A model generated the notes under the pieces. The model was not told the DNA's origin and ran no database searches. It worked only from the letters and a program-made list of their open reading frames with translations. A program made the translations under genes and the position numbers. A stretch of DNA of 63,813 bases, the filler included, from Octopus bimaculoides (taxonomy: Eukaryota): the NCBI RefSeq assembly GCF_001194135.2. It is 6 parts of 5 records of this genome, joined end to end, with 100 filler letters (N's around TTAATTAATTAA, not from the genome) between each part and the next. Parts side by side here need not be neighbours in the genome. Positions count along the whole stretch, not along the records: positions 25,967 to 55,396 come from NC_068984.1; positions 55,497 to 60,085 come from NW_026417679.1; positions 60,186 to 62,250 come from NW_026321527.1; positions 62,351 to 63,813 come from NC_068982.1; 2 more parts are not named here. One strand, given 5' to 3'. Within the stretch, counting starts at the first letter, position 1, and every line of letters starts with the position of its first letter. Positions 53,020-63,813 of this stretch are shown here, one piece after another.

Positions 53020-53067
53020 GTCTTACAGCTGTTTCCAGGATATTCTATATATCTCTTCATCGGAGAC
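53020..53067 (-). ncRNA. Degenerate hammerhead-like motif related to 40220-40366
   Basis: Minus strand GTCT-CCGATGA-..GATAT/ATATC..-GAAA-CAGCTG-TA-AGAC; core U to C change. Confidence 0.4.
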
Positions 53068-53261
53068 GGTGTGAGAGGATGGTTAAGCAATAGTTAATTG
53101 AGATAAGATAGGAAATAAAGAGTGAATTGGAGGAACGAAGATAGATGTGAGATATGCAAGTTTCGTTCTGATGAGCATCATGGCAACTGGAGTCTCCATA
53201 CACTTCCAGAGCAAAAGAGGTTATGCGCTTCCGGCCACTATGTCTTAATAATCATCGAAAT

Positions 53262-53465
53262 TGATTTCAAATATTAGCACAAAGCCAGTAAGTTCGTGGG
53301 AGGCAGTAAGTTGATTACATCGGCCCCCAATGGTCAACTGGTACTTATTTTATCGACCTCGAAAGGGTGAAAGGTAAAAGCGAATCTCGGTGGAACGTTA
53401 AGACGGACGAAATGCCGCTAAGCATTTTTACCGGCGTGCTAACGATTCTGCTACTTCACCCCCTT
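53262..53465 (-). mobile_element. SINE family A
   Basis: Reverse complement of the consensus. Confidence 0.8.
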
Positions 53466-54634
53466 TGACGTGTCATCAATATTGACAAGTGCAATAACCA
53501 GCACGAAACCGATGGTAACATTCCAGCCGGTCGTATACCACAACCGTAAATATATTATTCGGCGATATAAAAAAAGATAACTATTTCTCATATGGTGTGT
53601 GCTTTTATCCTTTTAAGGATCTTTCCTAAAGTAAATAGTGAGTGAGTATTTTTAATTTATGGACACCAACTGGTTTTATAAATAAATCGAAATGTTAGCG
53701 CCGAGCAGTGTTTAGGCATGAGCAAAATTTAAGTTAGAATATGTTCATGACTAGCGGGAATAGCTTTTCATTCAAGGATGGCATCAATTTTCTTTCTTAA
53801 TTAGATATTTTCAATACTTCCTTATCCATGTCGACTGACTTCTCAAGACCTTTTCGGCCATCTCGGCCACACCTTTTGAACGGAGTGGTGACACTTCATT
53901 ATTCATCTGTATGGGCAAGAGAAAGGTTACCTTAAATGTTACAGACGGAGTAGGTCAGTCTATTTTAACCCTCAGTTGTTTCCTGTCCCGCCCAACAGAA
54001 ATTAGGACGCAGTTTCACTTTGTTACAATTTCGCTTTAAACACTGAATAGGAAAGCCATGAACGCCACAATATCTCATTTTACTTCTTCTCTAAAACACA
54101 ACGTTTTATGTCTTGTCATAAGAAACTAACAGATCAAAAGCATGTTCACGGTGCACACAATTACACACCAGAACCTGCACACACATACACACATATAATA
54201 TACACATACGCACGCATACACATGTGTGTTTGTGTAGATGTATGTATGATATATATGATGGGGTCTTATAGTATTGTATTACATACAAAAACATGTCAGA
54301 AGTTCTGCACACGCTTAAAAGCTATATTTTAAGCAGAAAATATTAATATTTTCTCTCAGCTCCAATTCCATAGAAAAACATTTAATGACAACGGAAAGCG
54401 TGTAACGTATTTATCTGCTTTGATTTGTGTCGTGTGAAATAAAGGCGAATTGTGACCCACACTGCGTTGAAATCTCTTGAAATCAGATCTGGAAATATAA
54501 TTGATGCATGCCAGACAGACATGTCTTCCGTAACCTCTTCCTCCCGACCTCAAGTCCATCATCCCATCCCAGAACATTTATATTCTCCCTCACCATATTC
54601 TTCTTCATTGTGTCACACAGGCTGAGGCACACAC

Positions 54635-54838
54635 ACACACATACATACATACATTCATACATACATACACACATACATACATACATACATACATACATAC
54701 ATTCATACCTACATATATATACACATACATATATAAACACATTCATACATACATACACATAAACATACATACATACATACATACATACATACATACATAC
54801 ATACATACATACATACATACATACATACATACATACAT
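54635..54838. repeat. (CATA)n tetranucleotide microsatellite
   Basis: Seen directly. Confidence 0.95.
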
Positions 54839-55305
54839 GGGTACGCAACTACGATGTATTCTCATTTAGGCGCCACGACGACACCGAACTATCTAGTACC
54901 CGGATGTGATTTTACTATCAATTTTAGATTGATTGAACGGAAGTGGCCGATCTTTTTTCTTGGACGAAATCTCGAGAACTCACGTTGTAATCACACTTGT
55001 CAAATTAATCAGAGACGTTAAATCTTTTGCCAATAAAAGCCACGTTTCGTCTCCTTCATCTTTCGCTTTGGCTTTTATGGTCGTCACACATTCCATTTAA
55101 ATGGTTCTCCTCCATAATTCTCTTGGATACACATTGCTTTGCAGTTCCGATTGCAACTCAAAACACCTTCCCCCAACCTCTACTTCATTACTTTGTTTAT
55201 AGCTTGTCGGTGTATGTATGGATGTATTATGTATGTATATATATATATTGCTAGCTTTAGGTCTATTTCTTTATTTCACATACTTCTATACTCTCTGTTT
55301 GTTCT

Positions 55306-55396
<91 letters not shown>

Positions 55397-55496
55397 NNNN
55401 NNNNNNNNNNNNNNNNNNNNNNNNNNNNNNNNNNNNNNNNTTAATTAATTAANNNNNNNNNNNNNNNNNNNNNNNNNNNNNNNNNNNNNNNNNNNN

Positions 55497-55945
55497 TGTG
55501 GCATCTTAAAGCGAGAACCGTTTCGTGTTATTGCTTGTGCCCTTGGCATGATAAGAAAGGGATGTCGGGATCATCTAGAAAAATATTCTGGGAGAACCAT
55601 ATTTCAAAGAAATTCAAAAGATTGTACTGACAAGTTCTGTCCCCAAATNNNNNNNNNNTATTTCAAAGAAATTCAAAAGATTGTACTGACAAGTTCTGTC
55701 CCCAAATCCTATCATTGGTAATGTCTGTGTTGTATTACATGAAGATATTTCACTACTGCCCCTGCCACTNNNNNNNNNNATGTCTGTGTTGTATTACATG
55801 AAGATATTTCACTACTGCCCCTGCCACTTGCCTCCTCAAGCTTCAATCATGCAGTAACATCTCTTATCGTTCACCCGCCCTAAGACGCTGAGTGTGTCTC
55901 GGAAAGTGATTGTAACAAACATGCAGATTAAAAGTAAATAATAAN
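55497..55945 (+). mobile_element. R4/Dong LINE 3' end, same subfamily as 29653-30365
   Basis: tgtggcatcttaaagcgagaac...caaaagattgtactgacaagt; 3' UTR matches 30190-30350. Confidence 0.85.
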
Positions 55946-56531
55946 NNNNNNNNNNNNNNNNNNNNNNNNNNNNNNNNNNNNNNNNNNNNNNNNNNNNNNN
56001 NNNNNNNNNNNNNNNTTAATGAAGAATGGACACAAGATATACAATAAAACAAAGAAGGAAAATACAGTATACATCAGCAGTTATGTGTATCTATTTAGAA
56101 AGAGAGAGAGGGGACAGAGGGAGAGAGANNNNNNNNNNNNNNNNNNNNNNNNNNNNNNNNNNNNNNNNNNNNNNNNNNNNNNNNNNNNNNNNNNNNNNNN
56201 NNNNNNNNNNNNNNNNNNNNNNNNNNNNNNNNNNNNNNNNNNNNNNNNGATTTATGAAGGTTTCTGCAGAATTGCAGACACTTCCTCGAGAAAACTTTAA
56301 TGACGAGTTATTGATATAATTAAGACTGAATTAGTAGACACTTTCCTACACTTCCACGAATAACATCATGCTTGCGAAATGTAATTCTTAACCACAAAAT
56401 CATGCATAAACTTATAAAATTGAAAAAAATTGATGATCATATGCTGAGTAGAAAACAAATAAAAATGATCGTTCGAGCGCGTGTGTTTTTATGACGAAAA
56501 GGTAGCTGAAAATGCTGAATATTAATTGCAG

Positions 56532-56695
56532 ATTCCAGATTACCACGGACAAAGGCCATAAAACCGTTATATTCGAATTAAATATAATTGTCTGCCCGAA
56601 ATGTGTGAATGGAACTTGCAATGCAGAGAAAGAGTTCAGCAATCCTTTAAGACGTTCGCAATATCTGCCTTGTACTTGCAACGATGGATGGGCAG
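56532..56695 (+). CDS. Exon encoding FQITTDKGHKTVIFELNIIVCPKCVNGTCNAEKEFSNPLRRSQYLPCTCNDGWA(G): EGF-like domain, VWDE/mucin-EGF-like
   Basis: Acceptor ttgcag| (alternative ttccag| at 56538) and donor CAG|gtaagc, phase 1; C-x2-C-x4-C-x17-C-x-C-xxGWxG pattern, completed by DDC in the next exon. Confidence 0.85.
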
Positions 56696-57276
56696 GTAAG
56701 CAAATATCAGTTGTTTATGTGCAAGCAACACACACACACNNNNNNNNNNNNNNNNNNNNNNNNNNNNNNNNNNNNNNNNNNNNNNNNNNNNNNNNNNNNN
56801 NNNNNNNNNNNNNNNNNNNNNNNNNNNNNNNNNNNNNNNNNNNNNNNNNNNNNNNNNNNNNNNNNNNNNNNNNNNNNNNNNNNNNNNNNNNNNNNNNNNN
56901 NNNNNNNNNNNNNNNNNNNNNNNNNNNNNNNNNNNNNNNNNNNNNNNNNNNNNNNNNNNNNNNNNNNNNNNNNNNNNNNNNNNNNNNNNNNNNNNNNNNN
57001 NNNNNNNNNNNNNNNNNNNNNNNNNNNNNNNNNNNNNNNNNNNNGTGTGTGTGTGTGTCTGTGTGTACATAAGTACAAATAAAGGTTACAAACCACGTTC
57101 AGCAAAATCGTTTGAAAGTAGTGGTTAGTTAAGTATACAAAGCATGTTGAACATTACAGTTAATACTCAACTGCAAGTTAACTATATAAACCGTGGTTTA
57201 TATATATTTNNNNNNNNNNATACTCAACTGCAAGTTAACTATATAAACCGTGGTTTATATATATTTATTATAAGAT

Positions 57277-57558
57277 TAGAAAATAGAGAGGTAATTAATA
57301 AATCATTATTTATTAATTAAAAATTTACAAACATCCTCTACTGCTGTTTCAATTTAAGCCCTTCAGAAAATTAATTAATAAAATTTAAAAACTAAATATT
57401 ATTTCGAAGTCGAATAATTTTTTTTTAAATTTAAAAATTTTAATTTGAATTTCATTAATTGATATTCTTAACGCCTTTATTTGAAATAGCTGTAAGGGAT
57501 GTTTGTCAATTTTTTAAATTTATAAATAATAATTTATTAATTACCTCTCTATTTTCTA
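57277..57558. mobile_element. AT-rich foldback MITE bounded by TA
   Basis: TA-gaaaatagagaggtaattaataaat... and ...atttattaattacctctctattttc-TA; about 85 bp imperfect arms plus an inner palindrome. Confidence 0.75.
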
Positions 57559-57755
57559 TACACTTTTACCTCTCTCTTTTATCATATATATCTAAAATCT
57601 TAGGGAATAATAACTATTCTCGATTATCAGGACATTTAGTATTTTACACTTTATTAATGCAATATAAGCATTAAAAAAACCTACAATAAAATACAATAAA
57701 TTTATTTGAAATAATATTTGAAAAAATCTATAAAACTTAACTGCTATTAGTCATT

Positions 57756-58469
57756 GGGGAAAGAAGATATTTTTAATCAACGCTACACAGGAATGTGAAG
57801 GAGTAAACATTATGTCGACAAGTATTCTTCCTTTGTTAATTTTGTACTAGATTTTTTTACTATTTTTATTCATAAATTTATAACGTATATAGTGTTTTTA
57901 CTAAATAATCTTTTAAAATACTATTAACTTACGTTCGACATAANNNNNNNNNNTTTTTACTAAATAATCTTTTAAAATACTATTAACTTACGTTCGACAT
58001 AAAATCATGGTAATTTATACTTGTATAGATAGGATTAAATCATACACTAAATTATTAGTTCACTTAATGCTTATATAGATAGGTTGTAGGATTTGATGTT
58101 TATAATATAGTCGTTGAGGCTTTCATTAGGTTTAGCATTTTCTATATATATATCGGTATTGTAATTTTAGGTGTTTAATTTTTAATTTTTAAAAAAATTT
58201 GCTTCATTGTTTTAATTATTTTTTAAAATATTTGTAATTTATATATTTTAATTATATTTTTATTTTATCATATTTGTATTTATATTCTTATCTTTCTATT
58301 CAATATGACATATAACATGTATTTTTAAACTTTGATCCGTTAATAATAATAGCAATAAGATAAATAGCCTGAGGACGACTGGTGGATTTATGTATTAAGT
58401 ATAGCCTTTCTAAACGCCCCACCAGCCCCGAAACACATTTAGCGTTGATTAAAAATATCTTCTTTCCCC
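57756..58469. repeat. Perfect 30-bp inverted repeat pair (57756-57785 and 58440-58469)
   Basis: ggggaaagaagatatttttaatcaacgcta and its exact reverse complement. Confidence 0.9.
58362..58447 (+). ncRNA. Degenerate hammerhead-like motif
   Basis: CTGAGGA-..ctggtgg/ccaccag..-GAAA-cacatt-TA-gcg; stems I and III are poorly paired. Confidence 0.3.
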
Positions 58470-58602
58470 CAAAGGCTACTAACGGGTAACTGAAACATAA
58501 AAACGCCAGTCAACAAAAGATAGAGAACTTTACAAGTTAGAATATACATAACACGATGGTTGGTGGCGTATCTATTTACTTCTGTCACGTATGTATGTAT
58601 GC

Positions 58603-58635
<33 letters not shown>

Positions 58636-58706
58636 NNNNNNNNNNNNNNNNNNNNNNNNNNNNNNNNNNNNNNNNNNNNNNNNNNNNNNNNNNNNNNNNN
58701 NNNNNN

Positions 58707-58751
<45 letters not shown>

Positions 58752-59710
58752 GAACAGTTGTTTGCAAGTTGTTTACCTTAGTGGAAATTATTGTCTTCAA
58801 CTAAACTTGACTAAGTGTGTGAATAACGTCCACATTGCTAGAAATACAAGCTAACATGNNNNNNNNNNNNNNNNNNNNNNNNNNNNNNNNNNNNNNNNNN
58901 NNNNNNNNNNNNNNNNNNNNNNNNNNNNNNNNNNNNNNNNNNNNNNNNNNNNNNNNNNNNNNNNNNNNNNNNNNNNNNNNNNNNNNNNNNNNNNNNNNNN
59001 NNNNNNNNNNNNNNNNNNNNNNNNNNNNNNNNNNNNNNNNNNNNNNNNNNNNNNNNNNNNNNNNNNNNNNNNNNNNNNNNNNNNNNNNNNNNNNNNNNNN
59101 NNNNNNNNNNNNNNNNNNNNNNNNNNNNNNNNNNNNNNNNNNNNNNNNNNNNNNNNNNNNNNNNNNNNNNNNNNNNNNNNNNNNNNNNNNNNNNNNNNNN
59201 NNNNNNNNNNNNNNNNNNNNNNNNNNNNNNNNNNNNNNNNNNNNNNNNNNNNNNNNNNNNNNNNNNNNNNNNNNNNNNNNNNNNNNNNNNNNNNNNNNNN
59301 NNNNNNNNNNNNTTATGTATGTATGTATGTGTGTATCACGTGTGCATATATGTGTGTGTATGGATGTATACATTAGCATATATTTTGTTTAATTTAAACG
59401 ATAATCAGACACATTCACATATGCTCCGATAGACATGATCTCTATCTCTCTCTCTTTCTCTCTCTCTCTCTATCTCTCTCTCTCTCTNNNNNNNNNNNNN
59501 NNNNNNNNNNNNNNNNNNNNNNNNNNNNNNNNNNNNNNNNCTCTGTTTCTCATACACACTCGCACATACGAACCCATACACACGAAACACAAGTTACCAC
59601 ATCCGTTAATATCAATGCATGTGTGGACATCTATGTGCTAGTGCTAGTTGATCTACTGAATGCAGTTTTAAAGTAGCTCATCTAATATACACAATATATT
59701 TTCGAACCAG

Positions 59711-59830
59711 GTGATGATTGCTCAATCGACAATCGATGCGCCCCATTTCTATGCACCAACGAAAGTACTCTCGCGAAATGCATTTGTAAATGCCCAGTCG
59801 GTTATGAGTATAAGGATGACAAGTGTGTAG
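59711..59830 (+). CDS. Exon encoding (G)DDCSIDNRCAPFLCTNESTLAKCICKCPVGYEYKDDKCV: end of EGF1 plus a second EGF-like domain
   Basis: Acceptor gaaccag| and donor TAG|gtaagc; symmetric phase 1-1 exon of 120 nt; CxCPxGY..C motif; missed by the ORF track (no start codon). Confidence 0.88.
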   Translation: MMIAQSTIDAPHFYAPTKVLSRNAFVNAQSVMSIRMTSV

Positions 59831-60649
59831 GTAAGCGACTTTTTAAATTCTGTTCAATCATTCTGACCTCAATCTGTCTGTATCCCCTCACATCTCNNNN
59901 NNNNNNTTCTGTTCAATCATTCTGACCTCAATCTGTCTGTATCCCCTCACATCTCCCGGTCTTTCTATCTTTCTTTATTTATTTCGCACTCTCTCATTCT
60001 CTCTTCCTCTCTCACTGTATAATATACTATAAAGGAGCCACTGCCTCCTTTATATGGTTGTATATTATATACAACAAACCATGTANNNNNNNNNNNNNNN
60101 NNNNNNNNNNNNNNNNNNNNNNNNNNNNNTTAATTAATTAANNNNNNNNNNNNNNNNNNNNNNNNNNNNNNNNNNNNNNNNNNNNTATGCATGTACATGT
60201 ACTGACAAATAAACTCATATATGCATGCATATGTGTGCGTTTGTATGTGGGTAAGCGAGTGTGTATAGAAAATTAGAATCTAGGATATTGCCTTCTCACT
60301 ATTCATTGATTGATTGGTTGTATATGTAAGACGATCGGGAGGTAATGAGATCAAACCGTGACACATCTAGCTTCGCTTCCGGCAGTTCGACTTACCATTA
60401 AGTATGCAGGAAAAACGGTAGGTTGGTATGAACGTCATGAATACATGTATACACGCCCACACATGCACGCATACTTACACACATAGTCATACATATATAT
60501 ACAAACACACACATATACATGTATTTTTATACGTGTATGTTCATTTTGTTTTATATACATACATATATGTATATAGGTGTCAAGAAATATATATATATAT
60601 ATATGTGTATGTATGTATGTATGTATGTATATATATATATATATATATA

Positions 60650-61598
60650 NNNNNNNNNNNNNNNNNNNNNNNNNNNNNNNNNNNNNNNNNNNNNNNNNNN
60701 NNNNNNNNNNNNNNNNNNNNNNNNNNNNNNNNNNNNNNNNNNNNNNNNNNNNNNNNNNNNNNNNNNNNNNNNNNNNNNNNNNNNNNNNNNNNNNNNNNNN
60801 NNNNNNNNNNNNNNNNNNNNNNNNNNNNNNNNNNNNNNNNNNNNNNNNNNNNNNNNNNNNNNNNNNNNNNNNNNNNNNNNNNNNNNNNNNNNNNNNNNNN
60901 NNNNNNNNNNNNNNNNNNNNNNNNNNNNNNNNNNNNNNNNNNNNNNNNNNNNNNNNNNNNNNNNNNNNNNNNNNNNNNNNNNNNNNNNNNNNNNNNNNNN
61001 NNNNNNNNNNNNNNNNNNNNNNNNNNNNNNNNNNNNNNNNNNNNNNNNNNNNNNNNNNNNNNNNNNNNNNNNNNNNNNNNNNNNNNNNNNNNNNNNNNNN
61101 NNNNNNNNNNNNNNNNNNNNNNNNNNNNNNNNNNNNNNNNNNNNNNNNNNNNNNNNNNNNNNNNNNNNNNNNNNNNNNNNNNNNNNNNNNNNNNNNNNNN
61201 NNNNNNNNNNNNNNNNNNNNNNNNNNNNNNNNNNNNNNNNNNNNNNNNNNNNNNNNNNNNNNNNNNNNNNNNNNNNNNNNNNNNNNNNNNNNNNNNNNNN
61301 NNNNNNNNNNNNNNNNNNNNNNNNNNNNNNNNNNNNNNNNNNNNNNNNNNNNNNNNNNNNNNNNNNNNNNNNNNNNNNNNNNNNNNNNNNNNNNNNNNNN
61401 NNNNNNNNNNNNNNNNNNNNNNNNNNNNNNNNNNNNNNNNNNNNNNNNNNNNNNNNNNNNNNNNNNNNNNNNNNNNNNNNNNNNNNNNNNNNNNNNNNNN
61501 NNNNNNNNNNNNNNNNNNNNNNNNNNNNNNNNNNNNNNNNNNNNNNNNNNNNNNNNNNNNNNNNNNNNNNNNNNNNNNNNNNNNNNNNNNNNNNNNNN
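60650..61598. other. Largest of more than 25 assembly gaps (N runs); further exons may be hidden here
   Basis: N run. Confidence 0.99.
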
Positions 61599-61879
61599 TC
61601 TGCTCCCTCATCATCCTACTCCGGACCTATTTTGGCCAATTTTTGTTTTTGCACTTCAAAATCATGGGAATAGCATTTTCGGTAATTTTTTTTTTAAATT
61701 GTCAATATTTTCAGAGGGAAAAGTGAGTGATTTAAGGGTGATTTGGTTATTGCTTCTAGCACATCCAAAGACAACCCTCTTCGTTTCTTTATCACTCACG
61801 CATGTATTGATGTTTTTCAATATTTTTCCTCATAAATACATTTATATGCTATAAAAAAGAAAATTTGAGAAATTATGAA

Positions 61880-62120
61880 TTTTTGACAACCCCACACACT
61901 GCCCCCGATTGTTTCTGTTTAGAAATATTGGAGAGCCAACCTTAATCTTCGGAAATATTCCATCCTCAGTTGCTCTTTCATTTCCTTCTCTATTAATTCG
62001 TTGAACTCTTGTACACCAAGGTATTTGTAGCCTTCTGTTTCAATTTGTTCAATCAAGTCTCTGTTCGATAATTCTATCTCTGCTATGGAATTCACTTCTT
62101 TTTAGGTAAGTTATTCCGAA
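61880..62120 (-). mobile_element. R4/Dong-type RT fragment
   Basis: Minus strand IEQIETEGYKYLGVQEFNE...EYFRRLRL. Confidence 0.75.
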
Positions 62121-62350
62121 TTATTATTATTATTGTTCTTCTTCTTATTATTATTATTATCGTTATTATTTGAATATACACATGTACCTATGTGCATAAT
62201 CGCACTTAAGTATATAGTTAATTACATATACATATACGTGTGTATAAAAANNNNNNNNNNNNNNNNNNNNNNNNNNNNNNNNNNNNNNNNNNNNTTAATT
62301 AATTAANNNNNNNNNNNNNNNNNNNNNNNNNNNNNNNNNNNNNNNNNNNN

Positions 62351-62620
62351 AAACAATTCCTATCATAGTAGGTGCCTTAGGTATAATAAAAAAATATTCA
62401 GACAAATACATAACAAAAACACCAGGACTTACAAATATATATAACATACAGAAAATTGCACTACTGGGTACTGCACACATTCTACGCAAAACACTTTCAA
62501 TACAGTAAACATAAGAGCACCACAGCAAACCACAGCACATACCCAAGGCGCACAGAGCTGCGCTCGGTAGTGAAGTGAAAGCACGTTATAAAAATAAAAC
62601 TACTGAATAATAATAATAAT
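62351..62620 (+). mobile_element. R4/Dong LINE 3' end with an uninterrupted frame
   Basis: TIPIIVGALGIIKKYSDKYITKTPGLTNIYNIQKIALLGTAHILRKTLSIQ*, then UTR and (AAT)n. Confidence 0.9.
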
Positions 62621-62621
62621 A

Positions 62622-62835
62622 GTTTCAAATTTTATCACAAGGGCAGCAGTTTTGGGGAAGGAAATGTATCAATTACATCGACCCCAGTCTTCAGATGGTA
62701 CCTATTTTATCGACCCTTAAAGGATAAAAGGTAAAGTCGACCTCGGCGGAATTTGAACTCAGAGCGTAAAGACGGACGAAATACCGCTAAGCATTTCGCC
62801 TATCGTGCTAACTATTTTGTTAGCTCACCGTCTTA
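62622..62835 (-). mobile_element. SINE family A
   Basis: Reverse complement of the consensus. Confidence 0.85.
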
Positions 62836-62889
62836 ATAAGAATAAGAATAAGAAGAAGAAGAAAGAAGACAGGAGGAAGAAAAAGAAGA

Positions 62890-62966
62890 CTGAAGAAGAA
62901 GAAGAAGAAGAAGAAGAAGAAGAAGAAGAAGAAGAAGAAGAAGAAGAAGAATGAGTAGTAGTAGCA

Positions 62967-63002
<36 letters not shown>

Positions 63003-63012
63003 GTATTAGTAG
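62890..63012. repeat. (GAA)n followed by (TAG)n microsatellites
   Basis: Seen directly. Confidence 0.95.
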
Positions 63013-63813
63013 TAAAACGAGAGCGAAGGATGAAACAGCAACAAGAGGAGAGGCATTAGAACAAAGAAGTCAACCGATGTATATACATATACACACTCAT
63101 ATCACGCACACATACACTCTCAAATACAGAGATGCGCGTGCATGTGTACACACAGGCACGCATCTGCGTACGCATGCACGCACGCACACGCACACGCACA
63201 CACACGCGCGCACACAGAAGCATACAAAGGGGGATTAGTTTTCCGTTCGGTGCGAAGGTAATCGTATGCCCAGGTAAAGACAGCTTTGTTGAAGTGTGTC
63301 TGGGCGCGTGCTTAGCAAAACGGCTTCTTCCGTTTAAGTTGAGGTATTTCGTGTCGATTAACACCTGTGGTAAATGTCACTTGACTTATCTAGGTGAAGT
63401 GTTATGGGTGGGGGGGGGGTAAATGATGATGATAATGATGATGATGATGGTGGCGAAGAATAGGAGGAGGATGAAGAAAAAGACCACCACTGCCACTCCT
63501 ACTATCAGCTAATTCTTCTTCTGACCATTGGACACGAGTGAAAGGTAGTTAAGTGTGTTCATGCATGTAAGCAGAGATAGATTGCGCCTGTGAAATGTAT
63601 TTCAATACGTCTATGGGCGTACATATTTGTGTACATGTATGTATGCCTGCATGAACAAAAGTATATATGTATGTATATGTGCGTATATACATGCGTCCGT
63701 TATATATATATATATATACACACATACATAAATACGTACGTACATACATACAAAAATGCATACATACATATGTATACATACATGCATACTTACATACATA
63801 TGTATATATATAT

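Noticed and set aside
53160-53200. CTGATGA on the + strand (also at 36234 and 37472, and on the - strand near 17905)
   Set aside because: No properly placed stem II plus GAAA plus UH; several lie inside transposon coding remnants
57060-58560. Very AT-rich stretch that first looked like a mitochondrial insertion (NUMT)
   Set aside because: No recognisable mitochondrial gene or rRNA motif; better explained by a foldback MITE and the inverted-repeat/PLE-like segment

Overview
Eukaryotic (metazoan) draft-assembly DNA, with about 7.7 kb of N gaps (~12%, hand count) and very dense microsatellites. The SINE families, microsatellite load and transposon set suggest an octopus/coleoid cephalopod; this is inferred from recall, not from a search. 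There is no prokaryotic operon, CRISPR array or rRNA, and most ORFs in the supplied track are microsatellite or gap artefacts. The best-supported host coding sequence is three phase-compatible + strand exons (52442-52529, 56532-56695, 59711-59830). They splice into a beta-rich module followed by two EGF-like domains, resembling VWDE/mucin-like EGF proteins. The rest is mostly decayed mobile DNA: about 18 copies of one tRNA-derived SINE plus other SINE families, about 12 R4/Dong-type (RLE) LINE fragments sitting at (AAT)n tracts, CR1-like fragments, Penelope-like elements (PLEs), a mariner, a pogo remnant, a Ty3/Gypsy gag-protease remnant and foldback MITEs. Two observations stand out. First, there are four minimal type-I hammerhead-ribozyme-like motifs with palindromic stem III; one (40220-40366) has an intact catalytic core. 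Second, a PLE whose Asn-rich (AAT)n linker appears to have received a stack of R4/Dong LINE insertions. Neither is shown here to be a new system; both are testable.
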